IMG/VR virus record: IMGVR_UViG_3300037808_001962
Span: 5,257 to 69,256 of that record
From: a virus
Direction: 5' to 3' (one strand)
Length of the DNA stretch: 64,000 nt
Position numbers and translations under genes: made by a program. Shown one piece after another: positions 55,814 through 64,000 of the stretch; the stretch's first letter is position 1, and every line of letters starts with the position of its first letter. The notes under the pieces are model-generated. The model worked only from the letters and a program-made list of their open reading frames with translations, did no database searches and was not told the DNA's origin.

Positions 55814-56179
55814 ATGAAATACTTATCATTAGTTTTTTGCATCCTAATCAATCTTTTTAATCTAAGCTGTGAGAAGATAGTTTATGTTGAGATCCCCGTT
55901 GAGGAGTTTAGCCGAGTAACTCTTAGTGTATATAGATGGTCGGTAACCCATCGAGACGGTACTCCTTATATAGATGCTGAGGGGAAGGTTAGTAATAAAG
56001 GTCCTAATAATATTAGTAATATTAGAATTTTAGTTAGTTCTAATTTTGGGGATACTCGAATGACTCGTTCTAGTCCTACTGCTTTATTTGTTGATGAGAT
56101 AGGTAATTGGGCTATTTCTGGGGTTCCAGGGACCTATATACAGAGTAAAGCCGCTTTATACGATGAGAATTTTGATTAG
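55814..56179 (+). CDS. Lipoprotein with Ig-like (FxLYD-like) domain
   Basis: MKYLSLVFCILINLFNLS-C lipobox from ATG 55814; GKVSNKG..ISNIRI. Confidence 0.65.
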   Translation: MKYLSLVFCILINLFNLSCEKIVYVEIPVEEFSRVTLSVYRWSVTHRDGTPYIDAEGKVSNKGPNNISNIRILVSSNFGDTRMTRSSPTALFVDEIGNWAISGVPGTYIQSKAALYDENFD

Positions 56180-56255
56180 TACCTGAACAAAATGAATCTT
56201 AGTTTTGTATATTCAATCAATTAATTAAACAAAATAATATTGAAAAGGAGAAAAT

Positions 56256-56579
56256 ATGGTGCTTGTTGACCAGATTGTTTGTAAAGGGGTGGAAAAGGTG
56301 GAGACTTTAGATATGGTAACGGAGGAACTTATTGTTTTTAATTTAGAACAAATTGAGGATGGGACTATTATTGATGGCAGGTTTTCTATTCCAAAATATA
56401 TAAGTTTTTTAGACTCTAGTGCTCAGCCCCTTGATTGGGATTTTTTAGTTTCCAGGTCTTGCTTTAAGTGGAATAATCAGGAGTTTGAGATAAAGACTTG
56501 TTTAGATCCTGAAATTTCTGATCAGCTTGAGCTTATTGTTTCACAATTACCCTTATTCCAGGATTTAGAGAAAAACTAA
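56256..56579 (+). CDS. Hypothetical protein
   Basis: SD AAGGAG, 107 aa. Confidence 0.65.
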   Translation: MVLVDQIVCKGVEKVETLDMVTEELIVFNLEQIEDGTIIDGRFSIPKYISFLDSSAQPLDWDFLVSRSCFKWNNQEFEIKTCLDPEISDQLELIVSQLPLFQDLEKN

Positions 56580-56893
56580 TGAGTGAATTTGTAACTAAAC
56601 AAATTTTAGAGCACTTAGATCTTATTTTACAAGATTTGGATGAAACCGAGCAAAAAGACTTGAACCTTTCTCTAAGACTAAAGTTACTAAGGGCGGGCCT
56701 GGCTTTAACAGATTTAGGAATTGAAGAAGGGACCACTAGTAAACAATTAGACCTCCTTTTGCCTGCTATTAATACCCTGGTGGAGGTATATAAGGGGCTT
56801 TTAATTATGGTCCCCGAGGCTGAGGCTCAAGCCTCAGAAAAAGCTTTAGCAGACTTATTAATGAGGGCTACTAAGATGACGGCTTTAGCCTAA
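56579..56893 (+). CDS. Hypothetical protein
   Basis: TAATG-coupled, 104 aa, helical. Confidence 0.6.
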   Translation: MSEFVTKQILEHLDLILQDLDETEQKDLNLSLRLKLLRAGLALTDLGIEEGTTSKQLDLLLPAINTLVEVYKGLLIMVPEAEAQASEKALADLLMRATKMTALA

Positions 56894-56936
56894 GGAGAAT
56901 ATAGATAATGATTGAACACAAAAACAGACAAGGAGT

Positions 56937-57227
56937 ATGATAATGGTTGAAAAAGCTAAAATGAAAAAACAGGCGGAATCAATGATGGAAAGGCTAAATG
57001 CTAGCCCTACTATGAGGGTGACTGAGCATTTTGATGGGGAGGGTAAGTTAACGGCTAAGGATGTAGAGGTATATCCTCGTTCTTCTTCTTCGGTTGAGTT
57101 TTCTGTTGACTCAAAGGGGGTAGTAAAGCCCAAAGTAAAGGTATACCATGAGGACCCCCTACAGGCCTTTAATATGGCGGTTGATCTCATAGAAAAGGCC
57201 TTGAAGAAGGCCCTTGAGTTGTCTTAA
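56937..57227 (+). CDS. Hypothetical protein
   Basis: SD AAGGAG, 96 aa. Confidence 0.6.
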   Translation: MIMVEKAKMKKQAESMMERLNASPTMRVTEHFDGEGKLTAKDVEVYPRSSSSVEFSVDSKGVVKPKVKVYHEDPLQAFNMAVDLIEKALKKALELS

Positions 57228-57357
57228 GTTAAACTTAGGGGAATTGATAGGTTAGATAAGGAAATGACTGCAAAGTGAAATTCTGTATTGATAAGGTTGG
57301 CGCCTAAAGAGCCTTCCCCTTTCCCCCTTTTTTATTAATTTAAAAGGAGACTAACAA

Positions 57358-57555
57358 GTGCCTACTATATTTGAAATAGAAAGGATAATTAGGATGGGAA
57401 AAACTGTGGGAAAAGCGGTTTGTCCTATTTGTTTTTACTTAGCTTGTCCTTGTTCAAAGGATGGCCCTAATGGGGAACTAAACCCCGACTATCAAGAGGG
57501 TTTATCTGATTGCCCCACTATTAATGTTGAAGACTTATTAGGGGAAGGAAATTAA
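57358..57555 (+). CDS. Small Cys-rich protein
   Basis: CPIC..ACPC; SD AAGGAG, GTG start. Confidence 0.55.
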   Translation: MPTIFEIERIIRMGKTVGKAVCPICFYLACPCSKDGPNGELNPDYQEGLSDCPTINVEDLLGEGN

Positions 57556-57557
57556 GA

Positions 57558-57911
57558 ATGTCAATTAATATTGATCCGGGCGATATTCGGACCTATGCTT
57601 TTGATACTTTTAAAGTAGACCCCTCAGTTACTAATAGCAGTAATCGATGGCCTGCTGACCCTCTATATACTGTAGCTTGGGCTAATACTATTTGGAGTAC
57701 TCTTATTGAGCAAGGCTCTTACACCTATTCTAATGAGGATATAGGCGCGGGCCCTCAAGGGGCTAATGGGGCTTTTGGGACTAGCATACGAACTCCGGGG
57801 GTTGCTATACGGTTTTGTGATCATGATACTATAGCAACGAGTTTATATAATGGAGTTGTCCATGATGGGGTTGCTCAAACTAGTGAACCCTATACTTTGG
57901 ATAAGTCTTGA
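57558..57911 (+). CDS. Hypothetical protein
   Basis: 117 aa, coupled to ruvC. Confidence 0.55.
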   Translation: MSINIDPGDIRTYAFDTFKVDPSVTNSSNRWPADPLYTVAWANTIWSTLIEQGSYTYSNEDIGAGPQGANGAFGTSIRTPGVAIRFCDHDTIATSLYNGVVHDGVAQTSEPYTLDKS

Positions 57912-58384
57912 TAACTTATGGTATAGACCCTGGTACTTATGACTCAGCTTTGGTGGGAGTAGATGAGAACTTTAAGGTAATAACAAAACTTTATGATAGT
58001 AATAAAACTATAGAAGAGTTTTTATCTCTTAATTCTAATCCTCAAGACCCTTTAGTTATAGAATTTATACAGTCTTATGGGCTAGCGGTGGGACAAACCA
58101 CTTTTTTAACTTGTAGGGCTATTGGCCGATTCGAAAAATCTTGGGGCCATGATAAAAACACTTTTCTTTATGCTAGGCCCACTATCTTAAGCCATATAAC
58201 TGGCGGAGTTAGGGGGAAGGGCAAGACTCAAATAATTGCTGCTTTAAAACTAAGGTTTGGTGAGGCTAAAAAAGGCTACCCTTTGGAGGGTATAAAGAAG
58301 CACCTGTGGGATGCATTAGCGGCAGCGGTCTATCACCAGGATGGGGCAACACTTGGGGCGGTTGATTGGGGAAAAATAAATTGA
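57908..58384 (+). CDS. ruvC: RuvC-like Holliday junction resolvase
   Basis: GIDPG, LVIE, K..I, DALAAA. Confidence 0.8.
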   Translation: MITYGIDPGTYDSALVGVDENFKVITKLYDSNKTIEEFLSLNSNPQDPLVIEFIQSYGLAVGQTTFLTCRAIGRFEKSWGHDKNTFLYARPTILSHITGGVRGKGKTQIIAALKLRFGEAKKGYPLEGIKKHLWDALAAAVYHQDGATLGAVDWGKIN

Positions 58385-58980
58385 TAAAGCACTTATGGAT
58401 AGACCTTGAGACCACAGGACTAGACCCTATTATAAACGGAGTAATACAATTAGCGGGGATAGTAGAGATTGATGGGGAAGTAAAAGAAGAATTTAATTTT
58501 AGAGTTAGGCCTATTAAGGGGGATGCAGTTTCTCCCGCTTCTATAGAGTCTCATGGTATTTCCATAGAACAGATGAAAGCCTATAAGCACCCTAAGGATA
58601 TACATAGGGCTTTTACTAAATTATTGAGTAAATATATAAGTATCTATGATAAAACAGATAAGTTCCATCTAGTGGGATATAATGCTAAATTTGATTATGA
58701 TTTTTTAAGGAGATGGTTTGAGAAGAATGGGGATAAATACTTGGGGAGCTATGTTTGGTTTCCTCCTATTGATATAATGAATCTAGCCAGCTTCTATTTA
58801 TGCCAAGATAGGGCTTCTATCAAAAATTTTAAATTAATGACCGTAGCGGAATTTATGGGATTAAAGCTCACCGAAAGTTCACTCCACGACGCCAGTTACG
58901 ATATACACCTAACTCGGAGATTATATGGAAGACTCAGGAGAAAATATGGCCAAAAAACGTCGGAGAGTCGTTTGGACTAG
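58366..58980 (+). CDS. DEDDh 3'-5' exonuclease (DnaQ-like)
   Basis: IDLETTGLD, GYNAKFDYDFL, HDASYD. Confidence 0.9.
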   Translation: MGKNKLIKHLWIDLETTGLDPIINGVIQLAGIVEIDGEVKEEFNFRVRPIKGDAVSPASIESHGISIEQMKAYKHPKDIHRAFTKLLSKYISIYDKTDKFHLVGYNAKFDYDFLRRWFEKNGDKYLGSYVWFPPIDIMNLASFYLCQDRASIKNFKLMTVAEFMGLKLTESSLHDASYDIHLTRRLYGRLRRKYGQKTSESRLD

Positions 58981-60355
58981 TGAATTAGTAGATTTAGCAA
59001 AAACCCTTTTAATAGATAAGGGTTATACCTATCAAGCTGTTGCTGATGCAGTAAACGAGGAATTTAAACTAGCCCTTAATGGGGAATCAGTAAGAAACGC
59101 TAACAGGAGGGGGCAATTTGATGGGGGTAAGGGGGCTTCTCTTGTCCGGCCTTTTCCCAGTCCTAAAGATAAACAGATTTTTACTGAAGTGGGGAATACT
59201 GCTACAATGGAGGTAGTGGTTAGTGATAATCCTCGCTCCCTGGAGGCTTTATTAAGGGTCTGTAAGGTTGATATGTCTATTTGGGAAGTAGACACTTATA
59301 GGGTTAATAAATGGGAGGTTGCCTTAAAGATTAAAGAACAGATTATTCAACAACCTCTTTATCAAGTAAAAGCTAATTTAATAAGAATTCTACCTATTAA
59401 AACTGAGTTTCCTCACTTAGTTCCACTTTCTACCTCTATTAAGGTCTATAAGGTTTTAAAGCCCACTAAATCTAGGTCTCTTTATAAATCTTTAATTATT
59501 CCTGATTCTCAGAACGGATATTACCGGGATATGCAGTCGGGAGAAATGTTGCCTTTTCATGATAGACGGGCTTGGGATGTTGCTTTACAGGTTGCTAAGG
59601 AAATTAGACCTGATACAATTATACTTTTAGGAGATATGTTAGATTTACCTGATTGGACGGATAAATTTTTGAAAAGTCCCGAGGTATATTTTACTACTCA
59701 GCCTGCTTTGAATGAATTAAACTGGTGGATTGCTCAATTAGCTACAACGGGGGCTGAGATCCATTATATAGAGGGCAATCATGAATATCGACTAACTAGA
59801 GGGGTAATTACTAATATTGTTGCTGCTTATAAGATTAGGCCTGCTAATATGCCTGATGTACCTCCTAGCCTGAGTGTTGAAAACCTATTAGGTCTTCCAG
59901 GTTTGAAGGTAATTTACCATGGCCCATACCCCGACGGGGAATATTGGATAAATGATAATTTAAGGGTTTCTCATGGGGCGGTGGTTAGGCAGGGGCCCGG
60001 TGATACTGTTAAGGCTATATTAGCTGAGGCTAGAAATTCAGAAATTGTTGGGCATATCCATAGACATGAAATGGCTCATAAGACGGTTCACCCTCGTACA
60101 GGGCCTATTACTTATGTGGCTTATTCGCCAGGGACTATTTGTAATATTTCCTCTTTAAGGACTTTACCGCCTGGGAAATCTAAAAGAAATAATTGGCAAC
60201 AAGGATTAGGTATTGTAGATTATGAGGAAGGAAATGGTTTATTTCAAATCCATCCCCATTCAATTAATGAGGGGAGGCTATTAATAGGTAATAAGATTAT
60301 TAGTGCAGATAAACAGGTAGACTCAAGGGTAGCAGAAGCAATTAGTCTAATTTAA
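58946..60355 (+). CDS. Calcineurin-like metallophosphoesterase with N-terminal HTH
   Basis: IPDSQ, GDMLD, GNHE, SHG, GHIH; N-terminal WTSE...TYQAVA..VN; start moved to the ATG after AGGAG. Confidence 0.82.
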   Translation: MAKKRRRVVWTSELVDLAKTLLIDKGYTYQAVADAVNEEFKLALNGESVRNANRRGQFDGGKGASLVRPFPSPKDKQIFTEVGNTATMEVVVSDNPRSLEALLRVCKVDMSIWEVDTYRVNKWEVALKIKEQIIQQPLYQVKANLIRILPIKTEFPHLVPLSTSIKVYKVLKPTKSRSLYKSLIIPDSQNGYYRDMQSGEMLPFHDRRAWDVALQVAKEIRPDTIILLGDMLDLPDWTDKFLKSPEVYFTTQPALNELNWWIAQLATTGAEIHYIEGNHEYRLTRGVITNIVAAYKIRPANMPDVPPSLSVENLLGLPGLKVIYHGPYPDGEYWINDNLRVSHGAVVRQGPGDTVKAILAEARNSEIVGHIHRHEMAHKTVHPRTGPITYVAYSPGTICNISSLRTLPPGKSKRNNWQQGLGIVDYEEGNGLFQIHPHSINEGRLLIGNKIISADKQVDSRVAEAISLI

Positions 60356-60360
60356 AGTTC

Positions 60361-60422
60361 GTAGTGGCGGCTTACCTCAATATGCAAACCCTCCTTATGG
60401 CTCCTTGCATGGCCGTCACTAC
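60361..60422. ncRNA. Structured intergenic RNA element with anti-SD-like loop
   Basis: GTAGTGGCGGC/GCCGTCACTAC outer stem, ATGCAA/TTGCAT inner stem, loop containing CCCTCCTT and a second CTCC(TT). Confidence 0.4.
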
Positions 60423-60484
60423 AATGTTCTTTAAAGTTTATTAAAAAAATCGTTATATTTTTAATATAACTAAAGGAGCTAAAT

Positions 60485-60712
60485 ATGGAAAATACGCAGT
60501 GTTTGTTTCCCGGCTGTGAGGAGCCTCGTCAAACTAGGGGTTTATGTAGTTTACATTATACTTACGCCTATCGTTTAATTAATCGTAAAGAAACAACTTG
60601 GGAACAATTAGAAAAAGAGAAAAAAGTTTTACCTAAGCGGGGGATCACCTCTAGGACTCAAAAATGGTTTTTAGAGGGTAAGATTGAAGATGAGGTTAAT
60701 ATAAAAGAATAA
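60485..60712 (+). CDS. Small zinc-finger protein
   Basis: CLFPGC...RGLCSLHY; SD AAGGAG. Confidence 0.65.
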   Translation: MENTQCLFPGCEEPRQTRGLCSLHYTYAYRLINRKETTWEQLEKEKKVLPKRGITSRTQKWFLEGKIEDEVNIKE

Positions 60713-61146
60713 TGGTAATTTGGTTTACAGGCCAGCCGGGGTCGGGAAAGACTACTCTGGCTCTAGCCCTTTTAGAGAGATGGAACGATCCTGCTTTTAT
60801 ACATATTGATGGGGATGATTTAAGAGGGCTACTAAATAATCCCGGATATAGTACTGCGGGACGGGTAGAGAATATTTGTAGAGCTCAAAATATTGCTTTA
60901 TTTTTAGAGGATAAAGGTTATATACCTATCATTTCTTTAGTTGCCCCTTATAGGGCTTTGAGAGAGAGCTTTAAATTAAGGGCTAATAAGGTTATTGAGA
61001 TTTATGTCCACACAAAGGAGAAGAGAGGGCGAGAAGATCATTTTGTAGAGGATTATGAGCCTCCACAAGGGGGTTTTTTAGGCCTTGATACCGGTAAATT
61101 ATCTATAAAGGAGTGTATTAATGAAATACTCAATGTTTGTAGGTAG
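60712..61146 (+). CDS. cysC: Adenylylsulfate (APS) kinase-like
   Basis: IWFTGQPGSGKTT, IDGDDLR, R.ENI, SLVAPY, YEPP; shorter than cellular CysC. Confidence 0.82.
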   Translation: MVIWFTGQPGSGKTTLALALLERWNDPAFIHIDGDDLRGLLNNPGYSTAGRVENICRAQNIALFLEDKGYIPIISLVAPYRALRESFKLRANKVIEIYVHTKEKRGREDHFVEDYEPPQGGFLGLDTGKLSIKECINEILNVCR

Positions 61147-61459
61147 GTGGCAACCTTGGCATGAAGGACATCGTTGGTTAATTGACCAGCGCTTAAAGGC
61201 GGAAAAGAAGGTTTTAATCTGTATTAGAGACATTCCGCCCGATGAGGCTAATCCTTTTACTTCTGAAGAGGTTTATAATAATATTACTGCTCAGCTCCAG
61301 TTTTATATTAAACATAGTAGGGTTAAACTAATTGTTATCCCTGATATTGAGTCTATTAATTATGGGCGAGGAGTAGGGTATGATATTATTGAACATTCCC
61401 CTCCTGAAGAGATAGCGGAAATAAGCGCAACGAGGATTAGACAAGATGCAAAAAAATAG
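61121..61459 (+). CDS. HxGH cytidylyltransferase-superfamily nucleotidyltransferase
   Basis: FVGRWQPWHEGH, NPF, YGRGVGY, ISATRIR. Confidence 0.82.
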   Translation: MKYSMFVGRWQPWHEGHRWLIDQRLKAEKKVLICIRDIPPDEANPFTSEEVYNNITAQLQFYIKHSRVKLIVIPDIESINYGRGVGYDIIEHSPPEEIAEISATRIRQDAKK

Positions 61460-63041
61460 AAAAACACCTAATGAGGTTAGGAGCGGACTTATTTCCGTTT
61501 TTACTCCAGTATATAATGATTCAGAAAAGCGAATTTTAAGGGCTTTCCATTCTTTGAAGAAGCAAACCCATAGAAACTGGGAATGGGTAATTTATGATGA
61601 TTCGGATGAAGAAGATAGAAGCTTTACTTGGGGAGTACTTACAGGTTTGGCTAATGCTGATATGAGAATTAAGCTTATTAAAGGAGAGACACATTCTGGC
61701 TCTATAGGTTTTGTAAAGCGAAAGGCGGCTAAGGCTTGTAGAGGCTATGTATTAGTTGAGCTTGATTATGATGATGAATTAACTCCTAATTGTTTACAAC
61801 TTCTTAGGGAGGCTTTTGATACTTTTCCAGACTCCGGTTTTGCTTATACTGATTTTGCTGAGAAATATGAGCGGGGAATTAATAATTATCATCATTATGT
61901 AGATGGATGGGGAAAAGGCTTCGGTTCAAGTTATTATGAGAGACATGAAGACCATTGGGCTTTAGTCGGTTCTTCTCCCTTTCCTTCTGCTATAGCTTTT
62001 TCTGGGATTGTTGGGGTCCCTAATCATATTAGGGCTTGGAGATCTTCTTTTTATTCTGAGATAGGGGGACATAATCCCGAGCTGCTTGTAGCGGATGATT
62101 ATGAATTATTGATAAGAACGGTAATGAAAACTAAAATGATAAAGATTCCTATTTTGGGGTATATACAGTATTTTAATAGAAATCAGCAGAATACTACCTT
62201 TAATAGAAATAAGTTGATTCAAGATCAAAGCGCAGCTCTTTCTCTTGAATATAGAGAACAGCTTGAACAATATTTTAGAGACCAAGGCTTGAGAATAGAA
62301 AATTCTTTAGAATTACCTACTTACTGGTCTCATTCTGAATTTTATGATTCAATCCATGAAACCTATCCTGTGGCAGAAAACCTTATTTCTATTATTATGC
62401 CTACTTATAATAGACCGGAACTTTTAAAAAGGGCAATTGATTCAGTAAAGGCTCAAATATATTCAAATTGGGAATTAATTATTATTGGAGATAAATGCCC
62501 CTTTTTAGCTTCAATTATGGAAGAGGAAGATGATAAAAGAATTAGATGGTGGAATCTTAATGATAATCATGGAGCAGGCGGGACCGTTCCTCGTAATTAT
62601 GGTTTAAAAATGTTAGCAAGAGGGGACTGGATTGCTTATTTAGATGATGATAATTATTGGACCCCTGACCATTTAGAGTCTTTGGTTTATGCGGTTACTC
62701 ATTTCCCTAATACTGAGGCGGGGGCGGATTATGGTTTAGCCTCTTTCAAAATGGGTAAGGTTCCTATTTATTGTGGTAAGCCTCAACGATACAGAGTAGA
62801 TACTAGTACTATCTTACATAAGAAAAGTTTATTAGAAAAATACGGCTATTGGAAGACTAGGGAGGAGGCGGGCTATGCCCATGATTGGGAATTAGTTAGT
62901 AGATGGGGGGACCATAATTGGGCAGTAACTAATATACCTACTCTAATCTATAATACAGAATTTAGTAATAATGATTTAGAGGCTATTTACAGAATTTATC
63001 CCGATCAGCCTAGCCCTTGGGAATATTGGAAAGATCAATGA
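61446..63041 (+). CDS. Tandem double GT2 glycosyltransferase
   Basis: Domain 1: ISVFTPVYN, YDDS, LDYDD, ADDYEL. Domain 2: ISIIMPTYNR, YLDDDN, HDWEL. Confidence 0.88.
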   Translation: MQKNRKTPNEVRSGLISVFTPVYNDSEKRILRAFHSLKKQTHRNWEWVIYDDSDEEDRSFTWGVLTGLANADMRIKLIKGETHSGSIGFVKRKAAKACRGYVLVELDYDDELTPNCLQLLREAFDTFPDSGFAYTDFAEKYERGINNYHHYVDGWGKGFGSSYYERHEDHWALVGSSPFPSAIAFSGIVGVPNHIRAWRSSFYSEIGGHNPELLVADDYELLIRTVMKTKMIKIPILGYIQYFNRNQQNTTFNRNKLIQDQSAALSLEYREQLEQYFRDQGLRIENSLELPTYWSHSEFYDSIHETYPVAENLISIIMPTYNRPELLKRAIDSVKAQIYSNWELIIIGDKCPFLASIMEEEDDKRIRWWNLNDNHGAGGTVPRNYGLKMLARGDWIAYLDDDNYWTPDHLESLVYAVTHFPNTEAGADYGLASFKMGKVPIYCGKPQRYRVDTSTILHKKSLLEKYGYWKTREEAGYAHDWELVSRWGDHNWAVTNIPTLIYNTEFSNNDLEAIYRIYPDQPSPWEYWKDQ

Positions 63042-63883
63042 AAATATTAGTAACAGGTGGAGCGGGATTTATTGGTTCTAATTTAGTAGATTTATTAGTA
63101 GAAGATCATGAGGTTGTTGTAATTGATAATTTTTCTAAGGGAACTTTAGATAATTGTAATAAAGGGGCTCAAACTTTAGCGATGGATCTGGTTGATGATG
63201 CACATGTTTGGTTTAGTCAATTAAAGGATATTGATATAATTTTCCATCTGGCGGCTATGTCTCGGATTCAACCCTCATTGATTAATCCCTTAATTACTTT
63301 AAATAATAATTATTTAGCTACTACCTATGTTTTGGAATATGCTAGAATGAATAATTGTAAGGTTATCTATTCAGGCTCTAGCTCTTTTCATGGAGGTATA
63401 TATAATAGCCCTTATGCTTTATCTAAGCATCAGTCTGAACAACTGTGTAAGGTATATACCGATAATTTTAATGTAGAAACAATAATACCTCGATTTTATA
63501 ATGTATATGGAAATAGGCATATTGAGTTTGGCCCTGATGCTACTGTAATAGGGATATGGGAAAAACAATATAGAGAGAATAAGCCTTTAACTATTACGGG
63601 GGATGGAACACAAAGCCGAGATTTTACCCATATTGATGATATTACTAGTGCCCTTAAATTAATGATGGGCTATCAAGGTAATGCGGATATCTTTGAGTTG
63701 GGCCGGGGGGAAAGTTTTGATTTGAATACTATAGCGAGTTGGTTTAATACAGATATTAAGTATATATCGGCTAGAAAGGGAGAATATCCCTATACCCTTT
63801 GTGATCCTACTCCCGCTAGTAAGCTTTTAGGTTGGAACCCTCAGCGTAATTTGAGAGAGTACATAGGGGATTTATGCAAATAA
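63038..63883 (+). CDS. NAD-dependent nucleotide-sugar epimerase/dehydratase
   Basis: MKILVTGGAGFIGS, FHLAA, SSS, PYALSK, NVYG, GDGTQSRDF. Confidence 0.92.
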   Translation: MKILVTGGAGFIGSNLVDLLVEDHEVVVIDNFSKGTLDNCNKGAQTLAMDLVDDAHVWFSQLKDIDIIFHLAAMSRIQPSLINPLITLNNNYLATTYVLEYARMNNCKVIYSGSSSFHGGIYNSPYALSKHQSEQLCKVYTDNFNVETIIPRFYNVYGNRHIEFGPDATVIGIWEKQYRENKPLTITGDGTQSRDFTHIDDITSALKLMMGYQGNADIFELGRGESFDLNTIASWFNTDIKYISARKGEYPYTLCDPTPASKLLGWNPQRNLREYIGDLCK

Positions 63884-64000
63884 AAGAATTTTATCGGACT
63901 TTAGAGGCTATAAAGCGGTTACCTCTATTTAATAAATTTTTTATTTATTTACATGGGGGGATCTTGGACCACTCAAAGACTACACTAGATATTGACATAA
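63874..64000 (+). CDS. Partial CDS, possible pol-beta-type nucleotidyltransferase
   Basis: MQIKEFYRTLEAIKRLPLFNKFFIYLHGGILDHSKTTLDIDI runs off the window end; hGG...DID motif. Confidence 0.4.
   Translation, partial: MQIKEFYRTLEAIKRLPLFNKFFIYLHGGILDHSKTTLDIDI

Noticed and set aside
9205-56189. ACCTGAACA in two intergenic gaps (9205 and 56181) as a phage-sigma promoter element
   Set aside because: Only two copies and no shared downstream -10-like box; could be chance without a motif search
657-59295. Short opposite-strand or alternate-frame ORFs in the track (e.g. 657-851, 1686-1871, 1976-2227, 5561-5749, 6893-7108, 8945-9187, 11144-11350, 14297-14515, 17860-18075, 20966-21151, 21785-22144, 22271-22501, 30273-30575, 33432-33653, 35051-35299, 35458-35667, 41386-41592, 42828-43058, 44219-44503, 46432-46701, 52214-52444, 54296-54574, 54597-54884, 56533-56736, 56885-57190, 59032-59295)
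   Set aside because: They lie within well-supported genes and have no motifs or ribosome-binding sites, so they are shadow ORFs
1-64000. CRISPR array, tRNA/rRNA genes, reverse transcriptase/DGR, integrase, transposase
   Set aside because: Intergenic gaps are short (about 130 nt or less) with no repeat-spacer pattern or cloverleaf seen by eye, and no such protein motifs were found
1-64000. Stop-codon reassignment
   Set aside because: Genes are full length and densely packed under the standard code; TAA, TAG and TGA all end genes

Overview
A 64 kb AT-rich segment of a large tailed dsDNA phage (siphovirus-like: long tape measure, tail tube, no sheath; standard genetic code). It has three blocks. 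(1) + strand 1-27781: end of a glycan-biosynthesis cluster (GTs, gmd), then a head-to-tail module (protease/scaffold, capsid, four tiny basic ORFs, neck, tube, frameshifting chaperone, tape measure, tail tip). (2) - strand 27784-55732: replication, recombination and nucleotide metabolism (SbcCD, RecA, SSB, UDG-fused PolA, primase, DnaB, initiator with probable ori, sigma factor), interleaved with kdsA/kdsB and a candidate DNA-hypermodification locus. (3) + strand 55814-64000: lipoprotein, RuvC, exonuclease, phosphoesterase, CysC-like kinase plus HxGH nucleotidyltransferase, and more glycan genes. Portal, terminase and endolysin are not recognisable here. Best candidate for a new system: a C5 cytosine methyltransferase with Lys in place of the conserved motif X Asn (the substitution that converts M.MpeI into a carboxymethyltransferase), clustered with three thymidylate-synthase-fold paralogs that all carry the cytosine-specifying Asp, a sulfotransferase, a glycosyltransferase and CMP-Kdo synthetase. 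All calls come from reading motifs by eye; no database searches were run.
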